A stretch of 63,600 nucleotides of DNA, the filler included, from Reclinomonas americana ATCC 50394 (lineage: Eukaryota), in assembly GCA_048213135.1 (NCBI GenBank). It is 16 parts of 16 records of this genome, joined end to end, with 100 filler letters (N's around TTAATTAATTAA, not from the genome) between each part and the next. Parts side by side here need not be neighbours in the genome. Positions count along the whole stretch, not along the records: positions 49,018 to 53,518 come from AFZH01017669.1; positions 53,619 to 58,259 come from AFZH01017670.1; positions 58,360 to 59,545 come from AFZH01017673.1; positions 59,646 to 63,600 come from AFZH01017678.1; 12 more parts are not named here. One strand, 5' to 3'. This document shows positions 51,711 to 63,600 of the stretch, piece after piece. Position 1 is the first letter of the stretch. The number at the start of each line of letters is the position of its first letter. The notes beneath the pieces are model-generated. The model worked only from the letters and a program-made list of their open reading frames with translations, was not told where the DNA came from and ran no database searches. Made by a program: the position numbers and the translations under genes.

Positions 51711-53049
51711 ATGGGTGCACAATGTGCATGTGTGCGATCGTCAACGGTGCTGGCTCCGCGCGACCCCGATGCTGCTGCACTGGCCTTGCTCACTGATGCA
51801 GCAGCATCATCGTCAGCGTCGCGGCTGCTGATGCAGTACGAGGAGGGTCATGATGCGGCGGTGCTGGCGGTGTGCGTCTCCGCGGATTTACAGTGGGTGG
51901 CGACGGCGTGTGTGGACTCGGTGGTGCGCGTGTTTGAGTCACGAAGTGCGCGACTGGTGTACACGCTGCGCGGACATGAAGCCGCAGTGCAATGCATTGC
52001 ATTTGTGCCGGCAATGGCAGCGGCAATGGCAGAGTTGGTGCTGGTCAGTGGTGGCGGTGAGGGCGACTGTGCGGTGCGGCTGTGGCGCGTACATGCGCAT
52101 CAGAGTCGGCAGGTGTGGTGTGCACTGGATAACATGGCGCCTGTCGCGGCGGTGGCGGTGTCGCACAACGGGCAACTGGTGTTCTCGGCGTCGGTGCTGG
52201 AGGAGGTGCCGCGGGTGCTGGCGCTCGATGTGCGCACTGGCACGTGTGTTCGTGTGTTCCGCTGTCATGCGCCGACGGTGCCGCATGCGTTGGCGGTGTC
52301 GCGCGACGATCGTTTCTTGGTCGGCGATCAGTTGGAGGTGTGGAGTGTCGACAGTGGGGAGGCGACCGATGTGGAGCCGTTCCACGGCGCCAGCACCATG
52401 GCGGTGTCGCCGGTCGACGACTTGATGCTGGTGTGCGGCTACCCCGACGGCCGCCTCTGCCAGTGGTCTCTCCATCAGCACAAGATGATGCACGGGTGGG
52501 CGGCGCACGAGGCAGCCGTGACCGCCGTCGCCATTACCGCTGACGGTCGGCATGTGGTGTCAGCGTCCGCAGGTGGGAAGGGGAGATCGTGGAAGACTCT
52601 ACTTCTTCGTGCGTTTTCTTCTCACCCCCTCCTCCACAGATTGCTCGCTGAAAGTGTGGGACCTCGGCACGCGCGAGGTGGTCGACACGATTCGCGGCCA
52701 TCGCAGACCAGTGACGGGTGTGCAGGTGCTGCCAAACGGTTGCATTCTCAGTTGCTCGCTCGACGCCTCCGTGTGTCTGTGGGATGGAGGTGAGCAGTTG
52801 ATGCTGGGGTTTTCCTGTGTGGGTTGTGGTTGGCCACTCATTGTGTTTTTTTGTACAGGACCATGGAGCGCGCTCTTTTGCGCGCGAGAGGAAGAGCAGG
52901 CGGCGCGGCTGGCAGTAGATGCGCTGCTTGAGCTGGAGACGACGACAGGAAATACCGGCGCAGCATCACTGCCACTCTCGGTGCTTCGCGAGTGCGTGCT
53001 CCTCGACGCGCAGGCCTGGCACTATGTCGTTCTCACTTGTAGCATGTAA
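51711..53049 (+). CDS. WD40-repeat protein with N-terminal acylation motif (MGAQCAC) and short helical C-terminal module
   Basis: GHDAAVLAV..DSVVRVFE, LRGHEAAVQCI..DCAVRLW, AHEAAVTAV..DCSLKVWD, RGHRRPVTGV..DASVCLWD. Two phase-1 introns. Confidence 0.88.
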
Positions 53050-53096
53050 TGCGCTCTTTTTTTGTGATGTCCTCACATCCTTCCCCTGATTTACGC

Positions 53097-55391
53097 TCAC
53101 AAGAACTCAATACGCACGGGCAGCTCCACCACGTGCGCCTTGTCTTCGTGCTTGAAATCGAAAGTAGCTCGCATTTCCAGCTGACAGACAACAGAGTGAG
53201 AGGGAGACATCATTCTCGTGCCACATAAAAAGATACGCACCTGTCGCAAGTCGCGGACCAGCGGCGTGACAAAGACCTTGAGCGAGAGGCGGTTCGCCTC
53301 GTGCTTGATGCCAAAGACGGAGAGTGTGGGGTCGTGCTCGGCGTCGGATTCGGGTGCCGCCATGCGCAACTTGGGGGGAAGGCGAACCTGCGAGAAGGGA
53401 AAGGGATGAGCAAGGGAAAAGGGCGAAGAGGAAAGGGCAAGAGAGAAGGGAGTTGAGAGGGAGACAGAGGGAGGGAGAGAGGGAGAGAGGGAGGGAGGGA
53501 GGGAGAGAGGGAGAGGGANNNNNNNNNNNNNNNNNNNNNNNNNNNNNNNNNNNNNNNNNNNNTTAATTAATTAANNNNNNNNNNNNNNNNNNNNNNNNNN
53601 NNNNNNNNNNNNNNNNNNGAGGATGGCTAACGGGCAGGCAGACAGTGTACAAACACCGTGACAGACAGGAGCCGAGGAAGGGAGACAAACAGGCTGGTAG
53701 AGAGAAGCAATCTGAGCCGGGCAGACATAGAGTGCGTAACAGAGAGGCAGAAACATAACGACAGCACGTGAAACTGACAGGAAGAGCAAGCGCGTCAAGT
53801 GTCGCCTTCTTCGACAACCAGACCTCATGCACGGTCTCCGTGTTGGGCGCCGGCGAGAACTCGACCGTGGTCTCATTCCACGCCGTGTTGATCAGCGTCA
53901 GCGGCAGCGCCACTTCCACACCCACATTGAAATCGACGGTCGCCTCCAGTGACACGACGATGCGCGGCAGCAGGCGCCTGCGGGTGTGCGCGCAAAGTTG
54001 AATCAGAAGACACAATGTGAGCGGACGAGCGACGACGACAACGACGCAACATGAGACTGCGATTCGGGTAGAATGAGGTGACAGAGGTTTTGCCTTCGGC
54101 ATGCGTCTCCACGTGCGTCAGGTAGCGGTTCGTGTGCGAGCTGCGCTTGCTCTTCTTGGTCACCAACTGCTTCCGCGACGGCGCATGACGATGCAGCGAC
54201 ACGGCGCCCTCCACGCGCTGCCGCAAGCCAGGCACTGCAACACGTGCGTTAGCGGAGGAGGAGGAGAGGGAGAACGGGTGTGACAAGACGAACCGTCAGA
54301 CAAGTCGCCAACGTTCTTTAGCCGCGCCACATCGGCCGTCTCGTCCCACGGCCGCATCTCGGGAATGTGTGCCGCCTTGGAGCGGCGCGATGCCAGGCGG
54401 TTCTCCATCTGCAGCGGCACGAGTGAGTCGATCAAACAAAGAAAGCGCTTCTCTACACCATTACCTCCGTGATGGTCTCCCGCTTGAACATCCACTTGGC
54501 CATGCCACCAGCGCGCCCTCGCAGACCCATCGCCGCCACACCACCGCCTGTCACACCACCCGTCAACGCAGTGCTCGCCGCCGCCGCCGCCAAGTTCTGA
54601 TACGTCTCCACGAGAAACGCAATATGATCACTGTTGCTGCGCTCCGATCCCATGGTGAACAGCAGCTCTATGGAAACCGCACATCAGTGCAAACACACAC
54701 ACAGAGAGAGCACGCCACTGAGATGCGCGCACCAAACAGCATGCTGGGCTTCTCCGTGGCCGAGCAAATCAGTCGCGTATCCCAGTTGCACCAGCCGCAT
54801 CGCAGATAGTACAGCTTTCCCGCTCCAGCTGCTGATGCAGAGGAGGCATCACTGGCACTCGAAGGCGGCGGTGGCGTCCCATGTGAAGGCGAGCTGACCG
54901 ACGCACTGCCGACACTGAGCGACAGCGTGGTGAAGCAGATCGGGCACTCGTATGTGTGCTTGGACCTGCAAAAGGCAATGAGAGAGAGGCACACAGGAGA
55001 CAACAGTGAGCGTGAGAGAAGGCGCACCTGTTGCCATAACGATACGTCTCCGCAGGGCTAAAGTCGGCGAGACTCGAGGGACACACTGAACAAGCGAAAA
55101 AAAAGCGCGCGCGTGTGTGATCACAATGCACTCTCTCTCTTTGTCTCTCTCTTTGTGCCACTCACTTCTCAAGTCAATGTCCTCGGCGACATCATCGTAG
55201 GCCAGCACACTGACGTCGACCGGGTCAAAGTACAGCTCCTGCAGCGGGTGCCACTCACCCGATGCCGACAAGAAGAGCACGCGACACGCTCTGTGCGCAC
55301 TGCCTGTTGTCCCAAAGTTCCCTGTGCCCCCAGACACATACGCGAGAATCGGAGGGCGATGCCCACTTCGCGCCTGTCTCTGCAGTGCCAT
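53097..55391 (-). CDS. DCTN4: Dynactin subunit 4 (p62), divergent
   Basis: HPLQELYF..VAEDID, CPSSL..SPAE..GNR..YECPICFTTLS, YYLRCGWCNWDT, PSRKQLVTKKSKR, and a C-terminal beta-sandwich region, all collinear with dynactin p62. Confidence 0.8.
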
Positions 55392-55473
55392 GAGTGGGGG
55401 AGAGGAAGAGGACTTATGACGGAGGACAAGCGAGTTTATGTGACAGGAGCGGAAGTTGTCTCTTTGTGCCGGC

Positions 55474-58359
55474 TTAGGCTGGTCTTGCGCTGCCACTGCC
55501 GCTGCCACTGGCGGAGCCTGCGCTGTCGGCGGCGCTGACGACCTTGTCGGCGGCCACGCGGATCTCAATGAGACGATCGATGGGTGTGCGGCAAATGGGG
55601 CATGTGTCGTTCGCGCGTCGCAGTTGATCAGCTGGCGTGTGTATGAGAGTGAGAGAGAGCGAGGGCAGGGTGGCGTAGTGAAGAGAGTGTGTCAACGCAC
55701 CGCATTCGCGACACAGGCAGCAGTGGCGGCACGGAAGGACGGTGATTTGTGGGGGCATCGACATGCAAATGACGCACAGAGTTTCGGTGTCGTCGTCGGC
55801 GCCGGGCTTGGTGGCGGCGGTCTCCGCCTCCAGCCCGTAAATCTCTTGCAGGTCGTAGCAGCGGCCGCCGACCTGCCGAGGGGGGACGAAGGGGAGAAGG
55901 GGGAGAAGGAGGGAGGGGGAAGGAAAGGGGGACGGAAGGGTGAGGTGAAAAAGGGGAAAGTGAAAGGGTGGAGTGGGAATAGCGAGAAAGCGACAGACAA
56001 AGAATGGAGAAGGGAGGGAGAGAAGATACGGAGACAGGAATGAAGCGAGCGCACAGAGAGAGAGAGAGAGAGAGACGGGGAGAGAGGGAGGAGAACGAAG
56101 CAGAGATGGGGAATAGAGGGACGTAGATAGAAATGCACACACAACGCGGTGAGGGAACATGTCAAGGGAAAGGTGAAGGGAGCTATAACAACGCACTTAA
56201 CACAGTTGAGACAGAATCGAGAGACAACATCACAGACGGAGACGAGGAGGATGGTTGGGGAATCAAACACGCAAAAGAGAGCCAGAGCCGGAGAGAGACG
56301 ACGGAGAGAAGGAGAGGCGCCAAAGCAGACTCACGCAGACTGAGAGACACAGCGGGAGAGAGGGAGATAGAATAGAAAAAGACAACAGACACACACACAG
56401 ACAGAGAGAAACAAACACGGATGGAGAGGTAAGACTCAAGAAAGCTGGTGCCTCACCTCGATGCGCTGCTTGATGGTCTTGACACCCAAGTCGCCTGTGC
56501 GAGAACGAGTGAGACACCATTCACCAAGGGCGTGGAATCCACGAGACGCACGAACCTCCCTCTCGTGTGAACGTGCAAAACGTGTAATGCGTGTCCACGT
56601 TGCCGGTGCCGCCGCGCCGTCTGATGCACACCACAATCGGGAACTGACTGCTGCGCTCCTTGTAAAAGATCTCGTCGCCAAAGGGCGATACGTCGACCGC
56701 CCTCTCCACCGGTTGCTGGTAGTGGTAGACCTCGGAGGCTAGAGAGGGGAAGGGTGAGGTTGGGGAGAATAGGGAGGACGTGGTGAATGCGACGCAACAG
56801 GGTTCCACTTCCACGTCAGGCATGCGGAATTGTTCGTGACATTGGAGTCTGTGGGAGGGTGGAGTGAGAGGGGGGAGAGAGAGAGAGGAAGAGGAGGCAG
56901 GGCAAGGAGGTGATGGAGGAGAGATGATTGAAGAGAGAGATGCACAGAGAGAGAAAGAGAGGGCAACAAAAAGAAAGAGACAGATGAGAAGGAGAAAGAT
57001 AATGAGATGTATGGAGAGTGACACACAGAGAGAGAGTGATGAGGTAGGGGCGAGGGAGAGGGAGAGATATTGCAAGCAGAGGAAGGAAGGGGAGTGGAAG
57101 GAACACACTCGAGAGAGACACAGACGCACAAGTACACTAGGGACACGACAGCACGAAGACAATCACGTACAAACGCGCAAAACTCACACAGTTCAACCAT
57201 AGTGGCGGAGAGACAAGGGGCTGAGAGAGGAAAACGGGCACGCAAGTACGCAACTCGGTCAGCCCGGCTGCCGACAACGAGTCGAGACAAAAGAACATGA
57301 CTGAGACGGTGCAGGGCGACGAAGCCTTGACGTCGAACGACAGAGTGACGCGCTTCGGTTGCGTCTCGTGCAGATGTATCGAGCCGCGGACCAGGGTGAA
57401 GCCGCTGACGTGCGAGGAGAAGGTGAGTAAAGAGAAGAGGCACTCTGCAGTGAAAGCATGAACGACGACAGCACCTGTCAATCGCCACGGTTTGTTGCAC
57501 TTGAGGGGCGGAGATTTGCCGCCGTGGCGGGTGCTGGGCGCCGTGATATTGCTGGTGAAGGAAGGGAGATGAGGAAGATGGACAGGGAGAGTGAAGAACG
57601 AACGAAGAAGGCTGCACGAGCGCCGTCGCTCAACACGCACGCACATCGCGAGACGCACACAGTCAAGCGCACAGGCGCCACACGAGAAGCACAGACACCT
57701 GAAAAAGGAGGCTCTCGGGAAAGACAAACGCAGTCAAGCACGGCGGTTGACGAACAAGAGAAGACTACATCACCATCGAGATGAACTGAAACACAAAGGG
57801 GAGCACGAACGCATCGTCACACATTCGAGAAGCACGGAGAGCGGCATTGCAGAGAGAAACAAGAGAGAGTTCACGAACACGGATGAAAAGACAGAGAGGA
57901 ATGCACCAGCTTTGCCACTCATCTACCAAGTGCACAAGCACGCACGGCAACACAACGCACAGTCGCGCACTCAGACAACAAAGAATCACAGAATGAACCG
58001 CCTCGTCATCACTCAAGCACTCTCTCACACGGGAGGGAGAGAGTGGAGGAGACAACGAGAAAGAGTGCTTCACAAGCATGAATGAACAGCAAGAAGGCGA
58101 TGAATGCATGACTATTGACACTCACACATCGCTGACATACACACACAGTCACGCACTCAGACAACAAACAAGAGAATCACAGAATGCCGTGCATTGTCAA
58201 TCGCTAAATCATTCACACACACAGAGAGAGAGAGAGAGACACACACACACACAGAGAGANNNNNNNNNNNNNNNNNNNNNNNNNNNNNNNNNNNNNNNNN
58301 NNNTTAATTAATTAANNNNNNNNNNNNNNNNNNNNNNNNNNNNNNNNNNNNNNNNNNNN

Positions 58360-58399
<40 letters not shown>

Positions 58400-58603
58400 C
58401 TTCGCCAGACACACACAACTCCGAGCAGTTCCGCAGCAGTCGCGGGATGAGACGAGCCTGTCAACACACAAACGCACTGCATCAGTGGCCTGCACACAAA
58501 CGCCCACTCTCAACATACACACACACACACACACACGCACATACACACTCTCACACTCACCGCCAAAGCGCGAGTACCCGCCCAACACGTCGTCATCGTT
58601 CAT
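55474..58603 (-). CDS. LOG2/MGRN1/RNF157-family RING E3 ubiquitin ligase
   Basis: LSFDVKASSPCTVSVMFF, FPIVV, VKTIKQRIEVGGRCYDLQEIYGL (DAR2-like) and C3HC4 RING CVICMS..VLPCRHCCLCRECA..CPICRTPI. First exon MNDDDVLGGYSRFG lies across a gap and is tentative. Confidence 0.88.
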
Positions 58604-59211
58604 GATGACAGTTGGAGATCGTGTGAATATGACTCTCTTGTGTGCGCGCTTTCTGTAAAGTCTCTGTCTCTCTCTCTCTAACTTTCTCACGCGTTGACAG
58701 TTCGCGCGTGCGTGGGGAACGAGCGTGCGTGTTATGTGAGCACTCACGAAAACGGTGAGTCATTCATGACATTCGCGCCATTTCTGCCCGTTTCTTGACT
58801 CCTTTTTCGGGAAACAAAAGTATTTTTGTATTAGCGCGCTGGTTGTACGCGAGAGAATGCACATCACACGGTGATAAGAAAAGGGATGCCGAAATCAGAT
58901 GGTGAGAAGCGAGAGAGGAGATGCGCATGCACACGTGTACGGAAAACAATTAATATTCGGCATGCGCACCTCGCTGCGCTGCGCAGTGCCCCAGGTTCTC
59001 CCTAGTACATCACGCACCCTCCTCTCTCTCCACTTCTCACACTCCTCACCTCCCTCCTCCTCCTCTTCCCACATCACGACTTGTCACCTTTTCAGCTTGC
59101 TGTTCGGATCAACGAACAATGTCTCCTCTCTCGCTCTCTTCGTTTCTTGCATCACGCAGCACGCGTGTGTGTGTGTGTGTGTGTGCGATTCGTCAACCGA
59201 GACACACACAA

Positions 59212-59545
59212 ATGGCCGCTCGACGTCCTCGCCCTCACTCAACAACGACAACAACTCCTTCGCTGTCAATGTCTGCCTCTTCTCCGTGCGACGACGAGAA
59301 GGCAGACATGATGCTCATCGACAGCCAGCAGCATGTGACGAAGACGACGATGATGATGCATTCCTCCTCGCTCTCCATCAACCTCAACGATGATGATGAT
59401 GATGAGAAGAAGAGCGCATTGTGGTCGTCTGCTCATCGTGGTGTGCCTGCGATGGCGAGGCGACGAGTGCCTGCCTCTTCTTCCTCTTCTTCTTCTTCCT
59501 CTTCCACGTCTGTCACCACCACCAGTGTCACTGCTAAGAAAGGTG
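59212..59545 (+). CDS. 5' fragment of a Ser/Thr-rich hypothetical protein running into a gap
   Basis: ATG at 59212 opens a low-complexity frame, divergent from the LOG2-like gene. No domain visible. Confidence 0.35.
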
Positions 59546-59645
59546 NNNNNNNNNNNNNNNNNNNNNNNNNNNNNNNNNNNNNNNNNNNNTTAATTAATTA
59601 ANNNNNNNNNNNNNNNNNNNNNNNNNNNNNNNNNNNNNNNNNNNN

Positions 59646-59702
<57 letters not shown>

Positions 59703-60692
59703 CAGACAGAGAGACAGACAAACAAACAAGCAGAGAGAAAGATGCACACACACAGAGGGAGGGGGGGAGAGAAAGCCAGGCGAAGAAGAAGGCAGAGAGG
59801 GTGTGCAAGAGACAAGAGGCGAGAGAAACAGGAAGAACAAGAGGGCAAGAGAGACAGTGCAAGAGAGACAGTGAGAGCGAGAAAGAGAGAGTGGGTGAGA
59901 GTAAAGGAAGGGAAGGAGAGGGAGAATGGGAGAGAAGGTGGGAGAGGGGGGAAGATGAATGATCCGAGGTTCAAGGGAACGGGACGAGAGGCGAGAAACG
60001 AGACAGAGAGAGAAGAAGAATAAGAAAGATAGAAAAGGTGCAAGAGACGAGAAACAGGAAGAGCAAGAGTGAAAGAGATAACGAGAGCGCGTGCGAAAGT
60101 GTGAAAAGGAAGGAAAGGAGAGGGCGAAGGAGAGAGATGTGAGAGGGGGGAAGATAACTGATGCGAGGGGCAAGGAAGCGAGACGAGAGACGAGAAACGA
60201 GACAAAGGAAGAGCAGCAGAGAATGAGAAAAGAAAAGAGAGAGAGAGATAGGGAAGAAGAAGAAGAAGAAAAAGAAAGGAAGGGAGAGATAGACAAGAGA
60301 GATAAAACACACACACGCAGACGCACACAGAGAGAGAAGCAAGGAGAAGAAGACAGACAGACAGACAGAGAAGGTGTGCAAGAGACGAGAGGCGGAGCAG
60401 ACAAGAAGAGCAAGAAAAAAAGAGAAAAACGGGAGAGACAGTCTTAGCGTGACGCTCCATTTCGTTCTCTCTCATCCCTCATGTGCTCTTGCTCCCCCTG
60501 CCTTCTTGCACGCATTCTTTTGCCCTTTCCTCATCTCTCTCTTTCGCGTATCGTCTCTCGCCTGTCGCTCGGCCTGCTGTTCCTCGCCTCTTCTTCCATC
60601 TCCCCCCTCCCTCACTTCATCCCTCCCTCTCCTTTTCATCCTTCTCCCTCTCCCTCCCTCTCTCCCTCCCGCTCCCTCCTCCCTTCCCTCCC

Positions 60693-61985
60693 TCACACAC
60701 ACTCACCACGATCCACCTGCATCCACATGTGCAGCACTCGCGCATCTTCGGCGACAAAGCAGCGCAGAACGAGGAGCGGCAGTGGCTCCCCACTGTCCTC
60801 TTCGTGCGCTTGCCGCTCGTCAATCGCGCGCAGGGCATCGATTGCACGCTGCACAGCCGCAACCTCCAGCTCCATGAACCACAACTCGCTCCACGGCCCT
60901 GCACAAGCGACTGAGTGACTTTGCCCTTCTCCTCTGCCTACCTCCCTCCTCCTTCGCACGCACCCGCCTCCCACAACCGCACGGTGCAGTCAATCGACGA
61001 GCTGACGATGCGGTCGTCGGCCAGCATGAGCACACCCGTGGAGCTGCCGGTGTGCCCGTCCAGCACGGCCACCGTGCGCCCACTGCGAATGTTGCACACG
61101 TGCAGCTGGCCACCTGCGCTGGCTCGTGAGATTCCTCCACAAAGGGTTACCGAGAGAAAGACAGCACAAACCCCACGACGTGCACACGGTGTGATCGCCG
61201 GCCGCCGACACCGCCACACTGTTGATCCACGACTTGTGCACGTGCATCTTTTGCAGCACCTCCATGTCGCCGGTCTGCGGGCACATCACGCGCACGTACA
61301 CCTCGCCACACTCGTGCCCGCTGACCACCAAATCCCCCCTCGACGATCCCACATGACTCACCGCCAGCGACCACACCTGCGACTCGGCATCGAAACTGCG
61401 CACCAAGTCGCCCGTGGCCACGCTCCACACACGCAGCAGCTTATCGCGCGATCCACTCACGAGCAGCGCATCGTCGCGCGACAGCACCAAGCCAAAGATG
61501 TGACTGGCGTGCGCCTTGGTCAGACGCACCTGCTCGCCACTGTCGGCTCGCCACACCCCAATGTGCCCACACGCCGTCCCACTGAAGACCAGCGCGTGAC
61601 CGTCGCGCTGCCTCGTCATGGCCAGGCACTGCACCACGTACGTCGACGTGCGTGCACTCCACACCGCCGACAACTCATCGACGTCCCACATGTGCACAAC
61701 GCCCATGCCGCGATCGGTGCCACCCGTCACCAATCGCCCTTCAAGGCAGTGTTCGTCGGGCGCCCACAACACCGTCAGCACCTGATCGATGCGTGGCTCC
61801 AGCGTGCATCGCAACCGCCCATCGCTGACATTGTACACTCGCACAGTCGCATCGTCGCTGGCGGTGGCCAACAGCAATGGTGCGCGAGAGGGCGAGAGGG
61901 CGATCTGCAGCACACGACGCGCATGCCGTGAGGTGGTCTTGAAGCGCAGCAGTTCTTTGCGAATGATCTGAGGTGCATCGCTCAT
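60693..61985 (-). CDS. WD40-repeat protein, paralog of 51711-53049, with the same C-terminal module
   Basis: ATASDDATVRVYN, AHASHIFGL..VSGSRDKLLRVWS, LDGHTGSSTGV..SSSIDCTVRLWE, then GPWSELW..AIDAL..LPLLVLRCFV. A further intron at ~60707 (GTGAGT) may move the true stop. Confidence 0.88.
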
Positions 61986-62138
61986 AGTAAAACAAACGAA
62001 GAGTGACACAGGACGAAGTGGCGTGATCAGTTCGTTCATCACGGAACACATTCATTTCTTCTTTAGAACACCAAGGAAACAGTACATGGAGAAGGAGGAG
62101 CATGGCAACAAACGCACACATGCGTAGAACAACCAATG

Positions 62139-63134
62139 TCATGAGCCCTCGGCCAGCAGGCTCCGCAAGAAACACTCCAGCGCCACATTACGCTCACGCA
62201 GGTCGGTGGACTTGTACGTGACCGTTCCCTCGCACACGGTGCTTCCCACCGCCGATGCATCGCCGCCATTCGCCGCCACCACCGCACTGACAGCTTGCGG
62301 ATCGTCGGTCTTGCGCACGAGAATCTCCATCATGACCAGCGACCCACGCCCCGTGTTCAGCCGACCGGTGCCATACAGCAGCACCGAGTCGGCGTCCAGT
62401 CGCCGCACCGCCGTCGACTTGATGTTGACAGCCTCCAGTCGCCCCAGCAGATCCAACTCGCACGAGGAGAACAGCGGGCCAAGTGACGCCGAATGTTGGT
62501 GATTCTGCACAGAGCGAAGATCCGACGACGTCAGCATATTGGATACCACAAGCTGCTCGTAAACAGCTGGCCAACGACTCACATCAGCAATGGCTTGCCA
62601 CCGGTCAATATACATCAGCTTGCTGAACTTCTCACTCGGCAAGAACAGGTCGATGCCTACGTGATGACGATGAGCAGCACCACACAACTGACGACTTGCC
62701 AGCACAGTGACGCAACGAATTTGGAACAGTCCATTCTCGTCCACCTCCGTGTCCATGGGCTCTCCATCCTCCTCTGCGCGCTCCTCCTTCTCCTGCTCCT
62801 CCTCTTGCTCCTCCCCGTCGTCTTCTGTATGATGATGATGATGGTGATGACGACCGGGCTCCTCTCCTGCTTCTGCTCGCTTCTCCACTGCGTCATCGAC
62901 ATCCATGCCCTCATGCAGTGATCTCCTGCGCCCACGAGGCCGCCCACTGCTGTAATGATGATGATGATGGTGGTGGTGATGGTGATGGTGATGCACGTCG
63001 CCCTCGCCTGCCTGTGAGTGGTGATGACGTTGCACAGCGGACGATGATTGACTGCTCTCTGCGGCGCCTTGCGTGGCCGCGGTGCAGTAGGACACTTGGT
63101 AGGTGTATCGAAGGCGACCGTGTGGAGACGCCAT
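62139..63134 (-). CDS. His-rich protein with a C-terminal beta-adaptin appendage platform-like domain
   Basis: Intronless ORF. LFLPSEKFSKLMYIDRWQAI..LGRLEAVNIKSTAVRR..LLYGTGRL..LVMMEILV..TVTYKSTD parallels the beta-adaptin appendage C-terminal subdomain pattern. The start codon is uncertain. Confidence 0.6.
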   Translation of the reverse strand: MASPHGRLRYTYQVSYCTAATQGAAESSQSSSAVQRHHHSQAGEGDVHHHHHHHHHHHHHYSSGRPRGRRRSLHEGMDVDDAVEKRAEAGEEPGRHHHHHHHTEDDGEEQEEEQEKEERAEEDGEPMDTEVDENGLFQIRCVTVLASRQLCGAAHRHHVGIDLFLPSEKFSKLMYIDRWQAIADVSRWPAVYEQLVVSNMLTSSDLRSVQNHQHSASLGPLFSSCELDLLGRLEAVNIKSTAVRRLDADSVLLYGTGRLNTGRGSLVMMEILVRKTDDPQAVSAVVAANGGDASAVGSTVCEGTVTYKSTDLRERNVALECFLRSLLAEGS

Positions 63135-63600
63135 GTAGGCCTCTCCCACAAGTGGCTTGTGCGCGACGCGTGATGACGAAGGCGTGTACGTTTTTTTCTC
63201 TGTCGATCAACTGAAAAGATACTCACAACTAAACTAACCAGAGGTTGAGAATACGAGAGTGGTCTGAGAGAAGAGTGCGTGCAGGCACGCGTGATGGTTG
63301 TCTGCTCTCCACTGGTGCGTGAAAAAAAAGAGAATGACGGAGAATGTTGCTGACGTCAAGGAATGTTCTCGCCTTTACCAAAAATGGCAATCGCTCCGGA
63401 GGTGTGTGACGTCGACAACGCACGAGTGCGAATTCGCAGAGCGAGTTGTTCGTCGTGGTACATGGTCCCGTGCACGGCTCTGGCTGTCTGCAGCCGCTTG
63501 TCCAACGCGACGATGATGATGCCTTGTCCGAATCCGGCGAAAAGCGGTCGCGAGAATATCGACAACGCGACGACGTCATCATTGTGCAGCAGACGAAGAA

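Noticed and set aside
63229..63582. 117-aa minus-strand ORF at the window end
   Set aside because: No recognisable motif and no clear splice link to the downstream gene, so it cannot be supported from this window.

Overview
Gene-dense, GC-rich nuclear DNA from a flagellated microbial eukaryote. It uses the standard code and GT-AG spliceosomal introns, most about 60-80 nt long, with some expanded by microsatellites. The draft is scaffolded, with 15 artificial 100-nt gaps (N44-TTAATTAATTAA-N44). Manual splicing of the ORFs supports about 22 genes: an EcKL/choline-kinase-like domain fused to DUF1349, Spt7, CCDC96/CFAP184, an intronless orphan, tepsin, IFT43, a mitochondrial-type topoisomerase II, a polyQ protein, ARMC7, a Lys-tailed unknown, a C39-like peptidase, OSCP1, GPR107/108, a soluble presequence-bearing HMG-CoA reductase, a PX+ELMO protein, an AK8-like protein, a secreted beta-propeller/EGF repeat protein, two paralogous WD40 proteins, dynactin p62, a LOG2/MGRN1 E3 ligase and a stand-alone beta-adaptin appendage protein. 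I saw no RNA genes, CRISPR arrays or transposases. The most notable signals are the WD40 pair sharing an unnamed C-terminal module and two intron positions, long introns with purine-rich 5' and pyrimidine-rich 3' arms that could fold back, local duplications of promoters and gene ends, the kinase-DUF1349 fusion, and the hypervariable propeller-EGF protein. All family calls come from motif recognition, not database searches. A Discoba/jakobid-like origin is only a guess.
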